DNA of 32,000 bases. Origin: Thermofilum pendens Hrk 5. Lineage in GTDB: Archaea > Thermoproteota > Thermoprotei > Thermofilales > Thermofilaceae. Within the stretch, counting starts at the first letter, position 1; each line of letters begins with the position of its first letter. The translations under genes and the position numbers were made by a program. The DNA lies in the NCBI RefSeq assembly GCF_000015225.1, contig NC_008698.1:600001-632000 (forward strand), read 5' to 3'. A model generated the notes under the pieces. It saw nothing but the letters and a program-made list of their open reading frames with translations, was not told the DNA's origin and ran no database searches. This document shows, in pieces, positions 30,050-32,000 of this stretch.

Positions 30050-30112
30050 AGGTCAGCTGAGAATTCACAGCTCATTGCATACGCTCGGCTTTGATACCCG
30101 TCATCATCCAAA
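30050..30112 (-). ncRNA. Candidate C/D-box sRNA (2'-O-methylation guide)
   Basis: The minus strand reads C box ATGATGA (complement of 30101-30107), a 12-nt spacer CGGGTATCAAAG, then D' CCGA (30085-30088). A 9-nt linker and a degenerate C' ATGAGCT (30069-30075) follow. A second 12-nt spacer GTGAATTCTCAG then leads to D box CTGA (30053-30056). Box-to-box length is 55 nt. It lies in the convergent cdc48/map gap, about 40 nt downstream of the map stop on the same strand. No terminal stem; the flanks are direct CTTTGG repeats. Confidence 0.5.
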
Positions 30113-30149
30113 GTAATTCTTTACCTACTAAGCTAAAAATCATTCTGCG

Positions 30150-31061
30150 TCAAACTACTAGCTCCGCAAAGCTCTCGATTACTCCTACTATCGGCTTCGC
30201 GGAATCCTGATCCACGATAAACGTGTCTTCGAACTGCGACACAAGCCCACCACCAGCCTCTACCAATCGTGGGTAGTGGTACACCCTTTTACTCTCCACG
30301 AGACCTCGTAGCTCCTTCTCGCTGAACCCCATTCTCGAAACCCACCTCTCTGCGAACGGGAGGCCCTTGAACTCCTTCCAAAGCGCCTCTAGCACGTCGT
30401 TTAGGTCTTTCTCCCTGGAAATCCTCCTAACGGAGACCACCCTGTAGATATTGCTCCACCCACTGTCGATAACCTGTCCCACGCCGTTCGTCGCGAACGG
30501 CTCTACCGCGTAAACCTCGCCGATGTTTATGCCCACGAGCCTGTACTCATATCTGGCAACGTTGGGTATACTCTTCCCAGCGTGGAGATTGTACCTTTCA
30601 ATCTTATGCCCGGTGAGATTCTCTATAGGCTTGTAGCCGTACTTGCGTATCGCGCCTTCAACAACCTTGCCGACGTCGTACGCGGTACTCCTAGGCTTCA
30701 GCGCCAAGGCAGCACTTTTGAGGGCCTCGAACGCCGCTAATGCTAGCCGCCGGTACTCCCCGCTTTGGACGACGGTCACGGCGCAGTCAGCTATGTAGCC
30801 ATCGACGTGTACGCCTACGTCTATTTTAAGCACGGAGCCTTTAGGCACTCTCAGTTCGTCGTTACTCGAGGGAGTATAGTGAGCCGCCACCTGGTTTATG
30901 GAAAGGTTTACTGGAAACGCCGGGAGAGCTCCCCGAGACCTTATGAACTCTTCAACTCTCTCCGCTATTTCGATTAGTGGGACTCCTTCATGCGATATAT
31001 CAACCGCTAATTTTAACGCCTCTCTAGCCACATCCCCTGCGCGCTTCAACTGCTCTGCCAT
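30150..31061 (-). CDS. map: Methionine aminopeptidase, type 2 (archaeal)
   Basis: Pita-bread metal-ligand regions KIDVGVHVDGYIADCA, GHKIERYNLHAG, AVEPFAT and SQFEDT. 303 aa. Confidence 0.92.
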   Translation of the reverse strand: MAEQLKRAGDVAREALKLAVDISHEGVPLIEIAERVEEFIRSRGALPAFPVNLSINQVAAHYTPSSNDELRVPKGSVLKIDVGVHVDGYIADCAVTVVQSGEYRRLALAAFEALKSAALALKPRSTAYDVGKVVEGAIRKYGYKPIENLTGHKIERYNLHAGKSIPNVARYEYRLVGINIGEVYAVEPFATNGVGQVIDSGWSNIYRVVSVRRISREKDLNDVLEALWKEFKGLPFAERWVSRMGFSEKELRGLVESKRVYHYPRLVEAGGGLVSQFEDTFIVDQDSAKPIVGVIESFAELVV

Positions 31062-31089
31062 TCAGAGTCAACCTTACGTAGCGCGCGAC

Positions 31090-31101
31090 GCTATATTTTT
31101 G
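31090..31101. promoter_or_regulatory. Single AT-rich box apparently shared by the divergent map and translin-like genes
   Basis: GCTATATTTTTG is centred about 31096. That is about 35 nt from map ATG 31061 and about 31 nt from GTG 31127. Confidence 0.45.
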
Positions 31102-31126
31102 TAACTTATGCGAGTTTAAGGTTACC

Positions 31127-31774
31127 GTGGAGGAGTATTCCGAGAAAATGAAGGCTGAGCTTGCGCTGATCGCAAAGGAGCTGGACGAGCTCGACGCTCA
31201 AAGGGAGAAGATGTTGGTAGTCACTCGGGAGATTACCCGTAGAGCTCGAGAAGCTATCTTTGCGCTTCACCACGGGGATCTGGGAAAAGCCGGCACTGAG
31301 CTGGAGAGGGCGAGGGAGCTTATCAAGGAGCTCTATGAGCTTAAACAGACACACCCCCAGCTCTACTACTCGGGCGGCGTACTGAACGCGCAAACGGAGT
31401 ACGTCGAAGCGTCTCTACTGGCGTCCCTGCTCGCCGGCGAAGGTCTACCCGGTTTCGAAGAGCTACTCGTAGAGCCTCAGGCCTACCTAGCCGGCCTTGG
31501 GGACCTCGTGGGAGAGCTCCGCAGGTACGTGTTGAACATTCTACGCGAAGGAATGGTGGATAAAGCCTGGAGCATACTCGAGTTCATGGAGGAGATCTAC
31601 GTAGAGCTCGGGAAATTCTCCTACCCGGAGGCCCTCGTTCCCGGGTTACGGCACAAGGTAGACGTTGCGCGCGTGATACTAGAAAACACGAGGAACGACG
31701 TACTCTTCTTCGAGCGTAGCAGGGACCTGGCGCAGCGAATAGAGAGGTTGCTGGAAGCGATGAAGGGAAGATGA
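31127..31774 (+). CDS. Translin-family protein (archaeal COG2178-like)
   Basis: 215-aa all-helical protein. Its pattern REITRRAREAIFALHHGD...AQTEYVEA...YLAGLGDLVGELRR is typical of archaeal translin-like proteins. Confidence 0.8.
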   Translation: MEEYSEKMKAELALIAKELDELDAQREKMLVVTREITRRAREAIFALHHGDLGKAGTELERARELIKELYELKQTHPQLYYSGGVLNAQTEYVEASLLASLLAGEGLPGFEELLVEPQAYLAGLGDLVGELRRYVLNILREGMVDKAWSILEFMEEIYVELGKFSYPEALVPGLRHKVDVARVILENTRNDVLFFERSRDLAQRIERLLEAMKGR

Positions 31775-32000
31775 GGGTCCATAGACTACCCGAGAACTTC
31801 TCCTTGGAGAGGGCTAGGCGTGCGCAGCTAGCTATAGCTAGGATGGTCTTAGAGGAGGACTCTCTCCCGGAGAGCGTTCGCAGAGCCGCGGGCGTGGATG
31901 TAGCCTTTAAGGGAGACTACGCATTTGCGGCGGCCGTAGTCGTCGAGTATCCCTCTTTCTCTGTCGTCGACTACTCTGTTACACGTACAGAGGTCAGGTT
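31771..32000 (+). CDS. nfi: Endonuclease V (partial, continues beyond the window)
   Basis: My translation is MRVHRLPENFSLERARRAQLAIARMVLEEDSLPESVRRAAGVDVAFKGDYAFAAAVVVEYPSF. The AGVDVAF segment contains the catalytic Asp region. The ATG overlaps the translin stop (ATGA). Confidence 0.8.
   Translation, partial: MRVHRLPENFSLERARRAQLAIARMVLEEDSLPESVRRAAGVDVAFKGDYAFAAAVVVEYPSFSVVDYSVTRTEVR

Noticed and set aside
1-32000. Search for CRISPR arrays, rRNA, IS elements, integrases next to the tRNAs, and toxin-antitoxin pairs
   Set aside because: No direct-repeat/spacer arrays, no transposase or integrase motifs, and no attachment-site-like duplication of tRNA 3' ends were seen. The minimal NTase at 1410 has no HEPN partner, so I do not call it a TA module.

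Overview
Gene-dense archaeal chromosomal segment, roughly 90 percent coding by eye. Gene content points to a hyperthermophilic crenarchaeon; Desulfurococcales or Pyrodictiaceae-like is my guess and cannot be verified here. Housekeeping genes I recognise: topoisomerase VI B and A, CDC48/VCP, aEF-1beta, ribosomal protein eS1, HisRS, bifunctional PGI/PMI, prefoldin beta, DRG-type GTPase, MetAP, a translin-like protein, endonuclease V (partial), an XPB/Rad25-like helicase, a DHH phosphoesterase, a radical SAM protein, a PP-loop/ferredoxin fusion and several Zn-ribbon proteins. Two tRNA genes carry introns that I could fold by hand into bulge-helix-bulge motifs: tRNA-Arg(CCU) with one intron at 32/33, and tRNA-Pro(UGG) with three. 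One C/D-box sRNA candidate lies between cdc48 and map. Promoters look archaeal, with AT-rich TATA boxes about 25-30 nt upstream of mostly leaderless first cistrons and GGTG-type Shine-Dalgarno motifs before internal cistrons. I saw no CRISPR array, rRNA, transposase or integrase. The standout region is 19.5-26.6 kb. It is a divergent pair of tightly coupled operons (3 + 7 genes) encoding only predicted membrane or secreted proteins with no recognisable enzymatic domain. They comprise a polytopic TadC/FlaJ-like protein, eight small proteins with N-terminal hydrophobic helices (several matching archaeal class III prepilin signals) and a 1003-aa secreted sequon-rich giant. No ATPase or prepilin peptidase is present in the window. 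I read this as a candidate undescribed type IV pilus-like surface-appendage or adhesion module. Its first pilin-like gene also has a 10-nt tandem duplication that breaks the frame with the predicted leaderless start. All functional calls rest on motifs read by eye; no database search was possible.
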